A stretch of DNA of 64,000 nt. Source: a virus. This document shows positions 47,628 through 56,975 of the stretch, piece by piece (position 1 is the first letter of the stretch; each line of letters begins with the position of its first letter). The notes under the pieces are model-generated. The model did no database searches. It was not told where the DNA came from and was given only the letters and a program-made list of their open reading frames with translations. The translations under genes were made by a program, and so were the position numbers. Location: the IMG/VR virus record IMGVR_UViG_3300042482_001698, positions 19,755-83,754 of that record; one strand, 5' to 3'.

Positions 47628-48527
47628 ATGAAGTATCGTGCAACTTGCACTATAATTTTTAATTTTGAATCTAATTTGCCATATGAAAAATCTATGGAAT
47701 TAGCTAAAAAATATTTGGAAGAAATTCCAATAAAAGAAGGTGTGGAGGATATTCGCACAATTCTTTCTTTGGACAAAATGAAGGAAAAAGTAGAAAAGAT
47801 TAATTTAGGAGAATTTCTTTTTGAAGAAGTAATGCCCTATATCACTCACGATCCAATTAAGCGTGAATACAAGAATAACAATGACATCTATCAAGTAAAG
47901 ATGAACACTGACAGGTATCATGTGTTTAGAGATAATATTGCTTGTGTTTCATGTGGGCTGAAAGCTACAAAAATTTTACTAGAATGTCATCCATCTGATA
48001 TGGTGCCACATTTTAATTTTTATGGCGAAGAAGATAAGAAAATGATTCTTTTCACTAAAGACCACATAAAGGCGAAAGCATTTGGCGGCGAAGATCAATT
48101 AGACAATTATCAAACCATGTGCTGTATTTGTAACAATTTGAAAGCACACAGTAATTTAACTTTAGAATCAGTTTGTAAATTAAGAAAATTATATAACAAC
48201 AATAAAAGAAAACTAGGAAAGAAAAAACTTCACGATCTAATTGAAAAAGAAAGATCAAGAATTGAACAGCCTTGGCCACACCTAATCATTAAATCAACAT
48301 ACAAACCAAATAATGCTGTTCAATGTTTAGTTGATTTAGTCATCATAGAGAAAGATGGAAACTTAGTTTGCATCCATGCTCAAAACTTAAAAGAAACGCT
48401 AATAAGTAAGGGATTTATTGAAAAAGGAACTTACTTAGAAGAAATACTTGAAATAAATGATGATGTCGCTTGCAATTTACCTAATGGAAAAACAATATTA
48501 ATATACAAAGGAGATGTTGTAAAATGA
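47628..48527 (+). CDS. HNH-domain protein
   Basis: CVSCG, TKDHIKAKAFGG.D...N.QTMC..CN..K. Confidence 0.75.
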   Translation: MKYRATCTIIFNFESNLPYEKSMELAKKYLEEIPIKEGVEDIRTILSLDKMKEKVEKINLGEFLFEEVMPYITHDPIKREYKNNNDIYQVKMNTDRYHVFRDNIACVSCGLKATKILLECHPSDMVPHFNFYGEEDKKMILFTKDHIKAKAFGGEDQLDNYQTMCCICNNLKAHSNLTLESVCKLRKLYNNNKRKLGKKKLHDLIEKERSRIEQPWPHLIIKSTYKPNNAVQCLVDLVIIEKDGNLVCIHAQNLKETLISKGFIEKGTYLEEILEINDDVACNLPNGKTILIYKGDVVK

Positions 48528-48569
48528 AAAAATAATGATAAATAATATAAAGTAGAACAGAGGAGACAA

Positions 48570-49157
48570 ATGGCACTAGAAGATTGGGAAAATGAATTAA
48601 GAAAACAATTTGAAGAAACTGAAGAAAAATCAGCATCAGAAAAATATGTTGATTCAGTTCCACAACAAAAAAATAAAATTGAAGTCCCTTCTCCCGTTAT
48701 CGTTCCCGTCACAGAAAATAAAGACAGTAGCACTTTTGTTTTTTTTGTGCTTCTTGTAATAATTGGCTTGGCTACAATTTTAGTTTATGATAATAAAACT
48801 GGTAATCATTTTAAAAATTGGATTTTTTCCAGTTTTCAAACTAAACAATCTGTTTCAGTCGTAAAAGAAGAAACCTTTGACCCTGAACTTGTTAAATTGA
48901 AAAGCGATATAGATAAATTTAAATTAGAAAACAAATCTTCATTGGATGCAATTAATGCAAAATTAAATGTTAATTCTTCTAAAATTGGTCTGATGGGATT
49001 GTTATTGAATGAAAACTTTTCAATGATTATGAAAGGTGCTGATGCAAGTGACTTTATTTTCTTCAATCGTGATTGGACTCTTGATAGAATGCCCAAATAT
49101 ATTGAACTCACAGAAGATGACAAGGAATATTTGAAAAAGTTTGTTAGGCCCAATTAG
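48570..49157 (+). CDS. single-TM hypothetical protein
   Basis: TM segment near residues 56-74; AGGAG RBS; TAAATA upstream. Confidence 0.7.
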   Translation: MALEDWENELRKQFEETEEKSASEKYVDSVPQQKNKIEVPSPVIVPVTENKDSSTFVFFVLLVIIGLATILVYDNKTGNHFKNWIFSSFQTKQSVSVVKEETFDPELVKLKSDIDKFKLENKSSLDAINAKLNVNSSKIGLMGLLLNENFSMIMKGADASDFIFFNRDWTLDRMPKYIELTEDDKEYLKKFVRPN

Positions 49158-49846
49158 TATAATTTAAAAGCATCATTTCCTGTATAACCACTTGCAACAC
49201 TTGTGTCGTTTATTACTGTGGCCATATAATCAGCAGTAATTATTGCTAAGTCTTTATCTTGTCTTAATTCATAAATAACTTCTATTTGCATCGATGAGAC
49301 ATTTGGATCATAATCCCATTTGCGAAAATATTGATTTAAGTTATTTTTAGACCAACCACTCATCTGACCACCAGCTTTTCCTTCATACGATGTGATTCCA
49401 TTTAAATTTAAATAATTTAAAAAAAGGTTCTTTTGCCAAATATCACAAGATAAACTATTTGGCTTTCCTGCGCCATAGCCGACAACAACATCGAGAAGAG
49501 GATCTTGGGCTATTTTCCTGTGGCGATTGCTCATTCCATGTAAATAAAAGATGTAGACAATTGGATTTGTTTTCAGTATTTTATTTTTAAAGCGAATGAT
49601 TGGGTCTAGAAATTCTTCACGGACAACATCTTCTAAACAATGGTAGACATTATTGCAGTCGGCCTTGTCTCTCATGAAGTCAACGGTTTCGCTTCTTTCC
49701 CATCCTTTATTAATAACTGCATAGGCATCAATTGACTTGGCAATATGATCAGCCATTATGTCAGTATTTTCATCGTCTCCACTATAGCCATGTGGGGCTA
49801 CAATGATTACAGGAATCTTGCCTTCAATAATGCTTACTCTTTCCAT
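49154..49846 (-). CDS. N-formylglutamate amidohydrolase/poly-gamma-glutamate hydrolase-like protein
   Basis: IIVAPHG, D.NT, LHGM, MQIE. Confidence 0.6.
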   Translation of the reverse strand: MERVSIIEGKIPVIIVAPHGYSGDDENTDIMADHIAKSIDAYAVINKGWERSETVDFMRDKADCNNVYHCLEDVVREEFLDPIIRFKNKILKTNPIVYIFYLHGMSNRHRKIAQDPLLDVVVGYGAGKPNSLSCDIWQKNLFLNYLNLNGITSYEGKAGGQMSGWSKNNLNQYFRKWDYDPNVSSMQIEVIYELRQDKDLAIITADYMATVINDTSVASGYTGNDAFKLY

Positions 49847-50149
49847 GTTTATATTATATATTATTCAATAGAAAATCACGACATTTTTAATTGAATAATT
49901 TTCATAAAATAGTAAATAGTATCTATGCCTAACAAGTGGGCCTAAATTTAAGGAGGTGGACGATTAAGTATAATAAATTTCATTTGGACTTATCATCAAA
50001 AAATTTCGAGGAAGTAAATTTGTATCTTGAGGCTATTTTCGATGTTTGCTGTAAATTGAATAAAATGGGAATTACAACCAATATTAAAAAAATTAAGCCA
50101 AATCGCAAGAAAAACTCACACAATTTACCTAAATAATTTAGATTCAAAA

Positions 50150-50578
50150 ATGGAGAAAAAAATGAGCAATAACAACCTGATGCCACCTATCGGATATAAC
50201 GAAGCAGCATCATCGGGTGAAAAATCAATATCAATTCTTTTCAGCAAACTCTTTGAATCTCGTGATTTTGCTCATTATGCACATTTGCAATCAAAGTCTT
50301 ATAGCCAGCACAAAGCACTCGGCGGCTTTTATGAATCAATTGTTGATCTTGCCGACACAATTTTTGAAACATATTCTGGGAAATATGGACTTGTTTCATT
50401 CAAAATGAATTCTGTGCCAGCCAATCAGGATGTAATATCTTATTTTGAATCATTCGCTAAATTTGTAGAAGGCTTTCATAACACGATTGATAAAAAAGAT
50501 ACATTTATTCATAATCAATTAGATGAAATTTCTACCGAAGTTTATCATCTAATTTATAAGCTTAAGAATCTTAAGTAA
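50150..50578 (+). CDS. ferritin/Dps-like protein (DUF5856-like)
   Basis: H..HLQSKSYSQHKALGGFYE...D...E.Y.GKYG...LDEI....YKL..L. Confidence 0.75.
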   Translation: MEKKMSNNNLMPPIGYNEAASSGEKSISILFSKLFESRDFAHYAHLQSKSYSQHKALGGFYESIVDLADTIFETYSGKYGLVSFKMNSVPANQDVISYFESFAKFVEGFHNTIDKKDTFIHNQLDEISTEVYHLIYKLKNLK

Positions 50579-50579
50579 A

Positions 50580-51608
50580 TCATTCGGCTTCGTAATAATA
50601 AACTGTATGAAGAGGTGTTGGACACAAGTTTAAATCTGCTGCCTCTTTGATGAATAAAACAATAGCAGGCAAGCTTTTTTCTACAGATGGTCCAACTTCT
50701 GTGTATTCGACAAATTGGCGGCTTTTCTTGCCCCACATCATCTTGATACTTGCTGATCCAGCAGAATAGAACCAGTCAACATCTGTTCCAGAACCTTGAG
50801 CATTTTCAAGTCTTTCAGTTTTATAACCATTTATCCCAATCATCTTAGCAATAAGATTATTTATCTTGTCGCCATCTTCTTTTTGACAAATCTCAGGAGC
50901 ATAAATTGATTCTCCAAATGTGTGCATGTTCATAACAGCTTTGAACTTCATGTGATTCATTAGACACATTACAAGCTTAATTGGTGAAGGAGAAGGATTG
51001 TTGGGTCTTTTAGGGTAAGGGAAACTAATCGAAGGATTGTAACCCTCAATCTTGTCAGATTTCAAATATGTATCTGGCGACATTGTTGGAATGAAATAAA
51101 TATCACGATTATTAAGAATCCATGTTATGTCATCGTTTTTTCCATAACCATTCAAAAGCTTTTCTATTGTGTGCATCGTAGCAAGTATCGCATACTCTTC
51201 ATCACCATATAAACCTGCGTTGATAAGAACCTTTGGTTTGTCTTTTGTTCCTATCCTAAAATAATGACATTCTGTTCCATTGGCAGTTTTACCATATGTT
51301 GCAATGTCAGTGAAATCTGGTGCTTCTTTGTTCCACTTCTCAAGCTGGTCAATTATATCACTTTGTTTTTTATAATTTAAGGCCACATTGCTTACTTGAA
51401 AAGATTTATCTGAAACTTTTTTTGGCAAATATTTATCAATAATTTTGTTTGTAATTTTTTCTATTTTATTTTTAACATAATCTTTAGTTTCGTGTTTAAC
51501 CACACTTATGGCAAATTTTTGCAATATATTTTTTTTATATAAAAGAATTACGTCTGCCACGAAGAGCAGAGAAATAGTGGCCAAAACAATTAACCTGAAA
51601 TTTCTCAT
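50580..51608 (-). CDS. M14 carboxypeptidase-like protein, membrane-anchored, probably degenerate
   Basis: YGKT, NAGLYGDE (H to Y), IYFIP.MSPD, NMHTFG, G...DW. Confidence 0.7.
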   Translation of the reverse strand: MRNFRLIVLATISLLFVADVILLYKKNILQKFAISVVKHETKDYVKNKIEKITNKIIDKYLPKKVSDKSFQVSNVALNYKKQSDIIDQLEKWNKEAPDFTDIATYGKTANGTECHYFRIGTKDKPKVLINAGLYGDEEYAILATMHTIEKLLNGYGKNDDITWILNNRDIYFIPTMSPDTYLKSDKIEGYNPSISFPYPKRPNNPSPSPIKLVMCLMNHMKFKAVMNMHTFGESIYAPEICQKEDGDKINNLIAKMIGINGYKTERLENAQGSGTDVDWFYSAGSASIKMMWGKKSRQFVEYTEVGPSVEKSLPAIVLFIKEAADLNLCPTPLHTVYYYEAE

Positions 51609-51746
51609 ATCATTATATATGATTTGAACAGGTAAAAGACTTAAATTCATTTTGCCAAACGTCAATTGCATAGATTTTTTAGAAGCAAATTACTTCAATA
51701 AAGTGCCGCCAGAATTAATTTTTGGATTAACTATAATATAAAAATT

Positions 51747-52151
51747 ATGAAAAATCCATGGAAGAAACTTATTTCAAACGTAAAAATATCTGGTCGTGTC
51801 GGCTTGGCCTATGCTGCTTTACATGGCAATGAGGAAAGAAATTCATTGCATAAAATATCTATAACTTGGCAGGACTTACAGAAAAAATTCGCTGAACAAA
51901 AAAATAAGTGTTTCTGGCTAGGTGTGCCAATTGATCCAAATTGGATATTTAAGTCTTGGTTCCCTATGGCTCCTAGTGTCGATAGAATTGATAATCTACA
52001 AGAATATACATATGAAAACATTGTCATTTGCACTCGTTTCGCAAATTTGGCAAGAGGAAGTTGCGAAGCTTCCAAATTTGCCAAGATAATTGTTGCTTTG
52101 AAAAATAAAGGAATTAATCCAGACATGGATGGATTCAATAAGTTATTTTAA
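51747..52151 (+). CDS. HNH-like endonuclease (DRID type)
   Basis: Q..KC...G, SVDRIDN...YT.EN....T..AN. Confidence 0.65.
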   Translation: MKNPWKKLISNVKISGRVGLAYAALHGNEERNSLHKISITWQDLQKKFAEQKNKCFWLGVPIDPNWIFKSWFPMAPSVDRIDNLQEYTYENIVICTRFANLARGSCEASKFAKIIVALKNKGINPDMDGFNKLF

Positions 52152-52167
52152 AAATATCTTTTGTGAT

Positions 52168-52377
52168 TTATTGCGTTTCCACTTCCATTATGAATTCTTT
52201 GCCACCTTCTCCAAATGGCCAAGGATCGTGAATACAACTTGTTATTTCAACCGAACCTGTTGATGGCCAATCATTTTGTTTTAAATCAAATTCTGGCAAT
52301 CTTGGATGCCATAAAATTCTTCCGTTAAGACCTTTGGTTATGTGACCGGGATACAAGAAAATTATTTTTCTTCTCAT
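52168..52377 (-). CDS. hypothetical protein
   Basis: 69 aa; GAGG RBS. Confidence 0.5.
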   Translation of the reverse strand: MRRKIIFLYPGHITKGLNGRILWHPRLPEFDLKQNDWPSTGSVEITSCIHDPWPFGEGGKEFIMEVETQ

Positions 52378-52650
52378 TGCGATGCCTCAATTAAAACAAA
52401 ATTGTAACACAAAATTATTGATCAGTCAATTTTTTAATCTTCAAATCAATAAATATACTTGTCACATCAAGTAAGGAGGCTTATGTGGATTTATCTATTA
52501 ATCATTAATATTATTGCTGTTCATGTTTGTTTTTTAGTGTTAATTTTTTTATTAATCAAAATAATCACTGATGATAATCATGATTACATGATCCGAGAAG
52601 TTCATGAATTTTATATTCACCTATTAAAAAGAATGATTAGGAAAAAATGA

Positions 52651-52908
52651 TTATTCTGTGATGCGATAAAGAAATAGCGGTGTATTTGGACCCATCCAAG
52701 CACCGCTTACATTGAATTCAAAATATTCTTCTGCTTCTTCATAACTCATATCTTTGGCAAGTATTTTAATACATTTTTCACGATCATAAATTGCTAGAGA
52801 AGGTTGGCTACATCTTCTGGCAACACCAATCAAAGCTTCCTCAAATCCATCAGCAAAAAGAGCATCAGGATTCTCATCAGCAAGTTGAATTTTAATCTCT
52901 TCGTACAT
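52651..52908 (-). CDS. conserved phage hypothetical protein
   Basis: ADGFEEALIG...YD..KCI..L.....EEA.EYF.FN..GAW.G..TP pattern common in phages. Confidence 0.7.
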   Translation of the reverse strand: MYEEIKIQLADENPDALFADGFEEALIGVARRCSQPSLAIYDREKCIKILAKDMSYEEAEEYFEFNVSGAWMGPNTPLFLYRITE

Positions 52909-53029
52909 GGTCTTTCCCCCTTGATTAAAACATACAATAACTTAAAAAAATGAAAAAACAATAGTGATTTTCATTTTTTGTAAGTTACAATCAATTTTAG
53001 AAACATGAAGTAATCTTAGAGGTTTGACA

Positions 53030-53125
53030 ATGAGTGAAGCTGGTGTGTTGGCGTTGATAATGGGTTTTATAATGATCACTGTTTTTATAATTGTTAAAGT
53101 TTGGTACGATCTAACAGAAACATAG
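53030..53125 (+). CDS. 31-aa membrane peptide (absent from the ORF track)
   Basis: GAGG RBS; MSEAGVLALIMGFIMITVFIIVKVWYDLTET; terminator follows. Confidence 0.45.
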   Translation: MSEAGVLALIMGFIMITVFIIVKVWYDLTET

Positions 53126-53130
53126 AAATC

Positions 53131-53172
53131 AAATTTTAAAGCCTCGCCATAAATGACGAGGCTTTAAAATTT
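53131..53172. terminator. bidirectional terminator
   Basis: AAATTTTAAAGCCTCG/CGAGGCTTTAAAATTT. Confidence 0.7.
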
Positions 53173-53190
53173 AATGGGTTTTCAAATTAA

Positions 53191-53874
53191 TTAGTTTGTT
53201 TCATCAGGTACAGTTACTGTATTAATTCTTTTTATCTTGAAGCCGGGAATTGAATCATCTTCAGTTTCAACTAAAATCTGCCTTGTCCGCACAGGTGGCT
53301 TTTTCGGTGGAATTACCGCTTTGACCTCCATAAGATTGTTGCTGCTTTCACGAGGGTTTCTTTTGCGAGAAACAGATTCATCTGGACTCACTTTTTCAGA
53401 AGAATTGTCAGGGATGCGATTTTTTGCGTAAAATATACGCCAAAGATTAGCAGCATCGGCTCTGTGCGCTGGATCTGAATTTGGGAATGGGCCAAAATCA
53501 ACTCGCCTGTTCAGTTGGACCATGGCGATATGAGTTAATGCCTCCCTAGCAGCTTGTGATACCAAAGGCTCAGGATCATCAAGCAACATATACAACGACT
53601 CATTAGGCTTATAGCTCATTCCAGAAGCGAAAGCTGCTGCAACACGGTAAGTTGGATCGCTCGACACAATAGCTGGTGCAATCATATCGCTGTTCGTGTT
53701 TAGGTTACGAGCTAAATTAGTGGCGTGAAGCCTCATCTGGACGATACTGGCGGGTGTATTTAGGTAACTGCTGCGAGTTGGAGAGCAATTAGATCCATGG
53801 CCACAACCAACAGCTTGACACATCGACTCCAGCCCATTTTGGCTGAATGTAAGTAAAACAATCATAGTGAGCAT
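53191..53874 (-). CDS. secreted HEAT-repeat-like protein
   Basis: signal-like N-terminus; LLDDPEPLVSQAAREAL...VDFGP. Confidence 0.6.
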   Translation of the reverse strand: MLTMIVLLTFSQNGLESMCQAVGCGHGSNCSPTRSSYLNTPASIVQMRLHATNLARNLNTNSDMIAPAIVSSDPTYRVAAAFASGMSYKPNESLYMLLDDPEPLVSQAAREALTHIAMVQLNRRVDFGPFPNSDPAHRADAANLWRIFYAKNRIPDNSSEKVSPDESVSRKRNPRESSNNLMEVKAVIPPKKPPVRTRQILVETEDDSIPGFKIKRINTVTVPDETN

Positions 53875-53967
53875 TTTTTGCTTCCATCCTATATTAGAAA
53901 AGTTGACACACTTGTTAATATAGACAACCAATCCATTGTTGTAAAGAAAAAATCAGGATTGTTTTTC

Positions 53968-55899
53968 TCAAATTTCTAAAAGTATTTTTAATTTAACTTT
54001 TATATCTTCAGATATCTTTTTAGCATGTTCATTTTCGACAAGGGCATCTGAAATTTGTGACAAGTAAAAATATATTAATGATTTAAACTTATTGTCTCTG
54101 GCGTATTTGATCCAATCATCATGAGTTGAGCTAAAAGAAATCTTTTTGTCCAATGAGCTTTTGAATGATTCTTTAGAAATTGTCAAAAGATTTTCAATAA
54201 TTTCCTTTAATCTTCTGAGTTTACATTCTTCCCTGTCATTGGAAAGCTCATGTAAAAATTCAAATAAGGCCAAGCTGGTTGCTGCGTCTGATCCTATAAG
54301 TGTAATCATTTTCTCATAGCCAGAAAAAAAGCTATCACTTTTAAGTTCTTTTCTAATGGATGGATTTTCAGTTGCGTTCAGATAAATGTTTGACATCTTA
54401 GAATTCACTAAAAAGTTTTCTTTTAATTTTTTTATTACATCCATATTTGACGCTTTGCGACTTATTTCGCTGTAAGATTCAGGCAAAGAAATTATTTTGT
54501 TGCGTTTTAAGCTTCTTGGTTTTGGCAATTGATAAATAGCATCAATTTCTCTTCTAATTTGTGGATCTACTTTAACGCCACTGGCTCTACGAACATGGTG
54601 TCCGATAATGTCTTGGAATTTATCTGTATTAATTCCTTCTGGTGAAAGTGCCGTTGTGAATCCATATTTTACTGCTCTTGGCAAGTCTCCTCTGAGATTT
54701 ACCGATCTCGCCCAATCTTCTGGTTCTTTTGTAGATGGATCAACATGTCTTTGTAATTGTCTGAGCATTTCTTCTGGTTTTTTTGCCGCTAATATGTGAG
54801 TAAGACTTGCTCCTCCTCCCTCTGGAGATCCTACAGCCAAAGGAACCTCCCATTTTCTGTTTTTCTGGGTTTTGGGGATTTTCATGCCTTGCATCATTGC
54901 ATATTCAGGACTATTGGGGTCAAGAGCCGCTCCCATTTGAGCGTAAGGTCCACCGGGTTTATTTACAGAAGCATTCATTTTGTAAAAATTAGCCACGAAA
55001 TCAACCCAAACATCCCATAATTGTTGGCTACCAATATTTCTTTTTGCTAATTTATTAATTGTTCCAAGATAATCTCTTATTGGCTTTACTGCTTTGCTTG
55101 GAACATCCAGTCCCATTTTTATATCTTTTTTTGTAAATTTTTTATCAATGTTCCATAGTTCTGGGTCTATTTCACTGACTAAGTCTGGAAAAACTTTTCT
55201 ATATATATCAACATTATGAGTATCTATACAACCAATTCTACCGAATATTAGTTGTGCCATAAAACCAGCCTTAACTGGCCCTGCTCCGGGTATCATGGCT
55301 AATATACGAATCAATGTTTCATCATCATCATTCTTAGCAGCCATTAATCTTTCATATAGTTCGTGTCTATTGTTCCAAATATGAACAATAGTATCATATT
55401 TCCATCCAGCGACAGTCTCAAGAACCTTTGCGTCTTCAACATTTAAAGTGTGGAATATTGCTGAAAGTATTTCAGCAGGATCATTTGGCCACTCGTCATA
55501 AATTGTTTTTCTACTGTCATCTCCTGTTCCCTTTATGTCTAGTGGTATGTTTTTAAGAGATGTTTTCATGATATTTTCTTTTGAGATTTTATCAGGAAAT
55601 AATGTTTTTAAAATATTCATTATAATCGGGAAATTGTCCCAATGAGCACTAAAACTTACATTCGCAGTAAGTGGACTAAACATAAGAACTTGTGCCATTT
55701 GGTCGGCATTTGTTTGAGCAAAAGCTTTGATAAATTCTATTTCACGAAGATAAGCACTGATTGGAGTTTTAACACATACTTCTCCACTAGATGGATTAGC
55801 ATCTGTGTTTTCGTTTAGTGGACGTGTGCATAGTCCAAATAAAAAATAACTTTGAAATGCTTCTTTTAAATATAGCCAATCAGAAAATGAATTTAACAT
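53968..55899 (-). CDS. HhH-GPD DNA glycosylase-like protein with a putative capsid-targeting N-terminus
   Basis: IPGAGPVKAGF (HhH) followed by GCIDTHN; starts MLNSFSDWLYLKEA. Confidence 0.6.
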   Translation of the reverse strand: MLNSFSDWLYLKEAFQSYFLFGLCTRPLNENTDANPSSGEVCVKTPISAYLREIEFIKAFAQTNADQMAQVLMFSPLTANVSFSAHWDNFPIIMNILKTLFPDKISKENIMKTSLKNIPLDIKGTGDDSRKTIYDEWPNDPAEILSAIFHTLNVEDAKVLETVAGWKYDTIVHIWNNRHELYERLMAAKNDDDETLIRILAMIPGAGPVKAGFMAQLIFGRIGCIDTHNVDIYRKVFPDLVSEIDPELWNIDKKFTKKDIKMGLDVPSKAVKPIRDYLGTINKLAKRNIGSQQLWDVWVDFVANFYKMNASVNKPGGPYAQMGAALDPNSPEYAMMQGMKIPKTQKNRKWEVPLAVGSPEGGGASLTHILAAKKPEEMLRQLQRHVDPSTKEPEDWARSVNLRGDLPRAVKYGFTTALSPEGINTDKFQDIIGHHVRRASGVKVDPQIRREIDAIYQLPKPRSLKRNKIISLPESYSEISRKASNMDVIKKLKENFLVNSKMSNIYLNATENPSIRKELKSDSFFSGYEKMITLIGSDAATSLALFEFLHELSNDREECKLRRLKEIIENLLTISKESFKSSLDKKISFSSTHDDWIKYARDNKFKSLIYFYLSQISDALVENEHAKKISEDIKVKLKILLEI

Positions 55900-56828
55900 A
55901 TTTTATTTAGCGTTTTAATTAAAAATTTACCTATTTTTTTCGGAGCAAACCAATTTTCCCAAACCGATCTAGCTTTAACTGACATTTCAGAAAGATTGTA
56001 TTCTTGCTTGTAATCTTTTATTCTTTTTTCGATTGATTCTATATTGTCTTCTTCAATTCTAATCAAAAAATTATAATCTATCTCATCTTCTAACGGTAGT
56101 TTTGCCTCATCAGAAATAACTATTGGTATTCTACCAAATGACATTGCCTCAAATAATCTTATCGATGAAACACCAAAGCCTTGTGGACATAAAATAAATT
56201 TTGACATGTTCATCAAGCCAGAATAATATGACTCCAAAGAACTTGTGTCTCTTTCAAAATAACGCTCTAGCCAAAATCTAATATTAATAATGACAAATTT
56301 CATTTCAGTACAAGTCATCCTTTTGACCATTTTTTTTCTAATATCATTACATGCGTAGCCCATAAATGAATAATCATACAAAGCAAGATCTATTGGCGTC
56401 ACTGTCTCTGGAGGTGATACAATCGGTTGATAAGCCATGCAAAACATGTTGCTGCTTTTTTTAACAGAAAAAGAAAAAACAATTGATTCAGACACAAGGA
56501 AATTGATTTCTACATCAGTGTCAGATCCAATAAAGAAAATATGCTTTCCTTTGTTTTTTTCATAATATGGTAATATTTCTTTTATTACTTGTTGTAATTC
56601 CAATTGATCAACAAACCGATGAGTGTGTCTTATCAAAAGTGGCACAATTAAAAAATCACATTCCAACCAAGAATTTATGGTTGGAATTGAATCATAATCA
56701 CCTATCACATGAAATGCATTGTTCATAACAGGCTTCGACTTGTCGAAGAAATCTGTCATCGGTGTGATCGACCATTCTTTTCCTGTTATTTCAACAAAAG
56801 ATTCTACTGGATAAATAAAAAATTTCAT
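55893..56828 (-). CDS. exostosin-family (GT47) glycosyltransferase
   Basis: SFMG, SKFILCPQGFGVSSIRLFEAMSFGRIPIVISD...LP. Confidence 0.9.
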   Translation of the reverse strand: MKFFIYPVESFVEITGKEWSITPMTDFFDKSKPVMNNAFHVIGDYDSIPTINSWLECDFLIVPLLIRHTHRFVDQLELQQVIKEILPYYEKNKGKHIFFIGSDTDVEINFLVSESIVFSFSVKKSSNMFCMAYQPIVSPPETVTPIDLALYDYSFMGYACNDIRKKMVKRMTCTEMKFVIINIRFWLERYFERDTSSLESYYSGLMNMSKFILCPQGFGVSSIRLFEAMSFGRIPIVISDEAKLPLEDEIDYNFLIRIEEDNIESIEKRIKDYKQEYNLSEMSVKARSVWENWFAPKKIGKFLIKTLNKIC

Positions 56829-56839
56829 TATTTTATGAC

Positions 56840-56868
56840 TTGAAAATTTGTAATGTAAACACTAAAAT
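56840..56868 (+). promoter_or_regulatory. sigma70-type promoter of tRNA-Ile(UAU)
   Basis: TTGAAA-17 nt-TAAAAT, ending 8 nt before the tRNA. Confidence 0.6.
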
Positions 56869-56876
56869 TGATTTAA

Positions 56877-56948
56877 CGAGCCGACGCATCCGGTGATGCA
56901 CCAATTCTTATACAGTTGTACAGTTTGGTTCGACTCCAAACGGCTCGA
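56877..56948 (+). tRNA. tRNA-Ile(UAU) with an atypical D arm; no encoded CCA
   Basis: acceptor CGAGCCG/CGGCTCG, D stem GCAT/ATGC, anticodon stem CAATT/AGTTG with loop CTTATAC, T arm TTTGG-TTCGACT-CCAAA. Confidence 0.8.
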
Positions 56949-56975
56949 TAAAAAAATCATATGATTTCTATTGTT

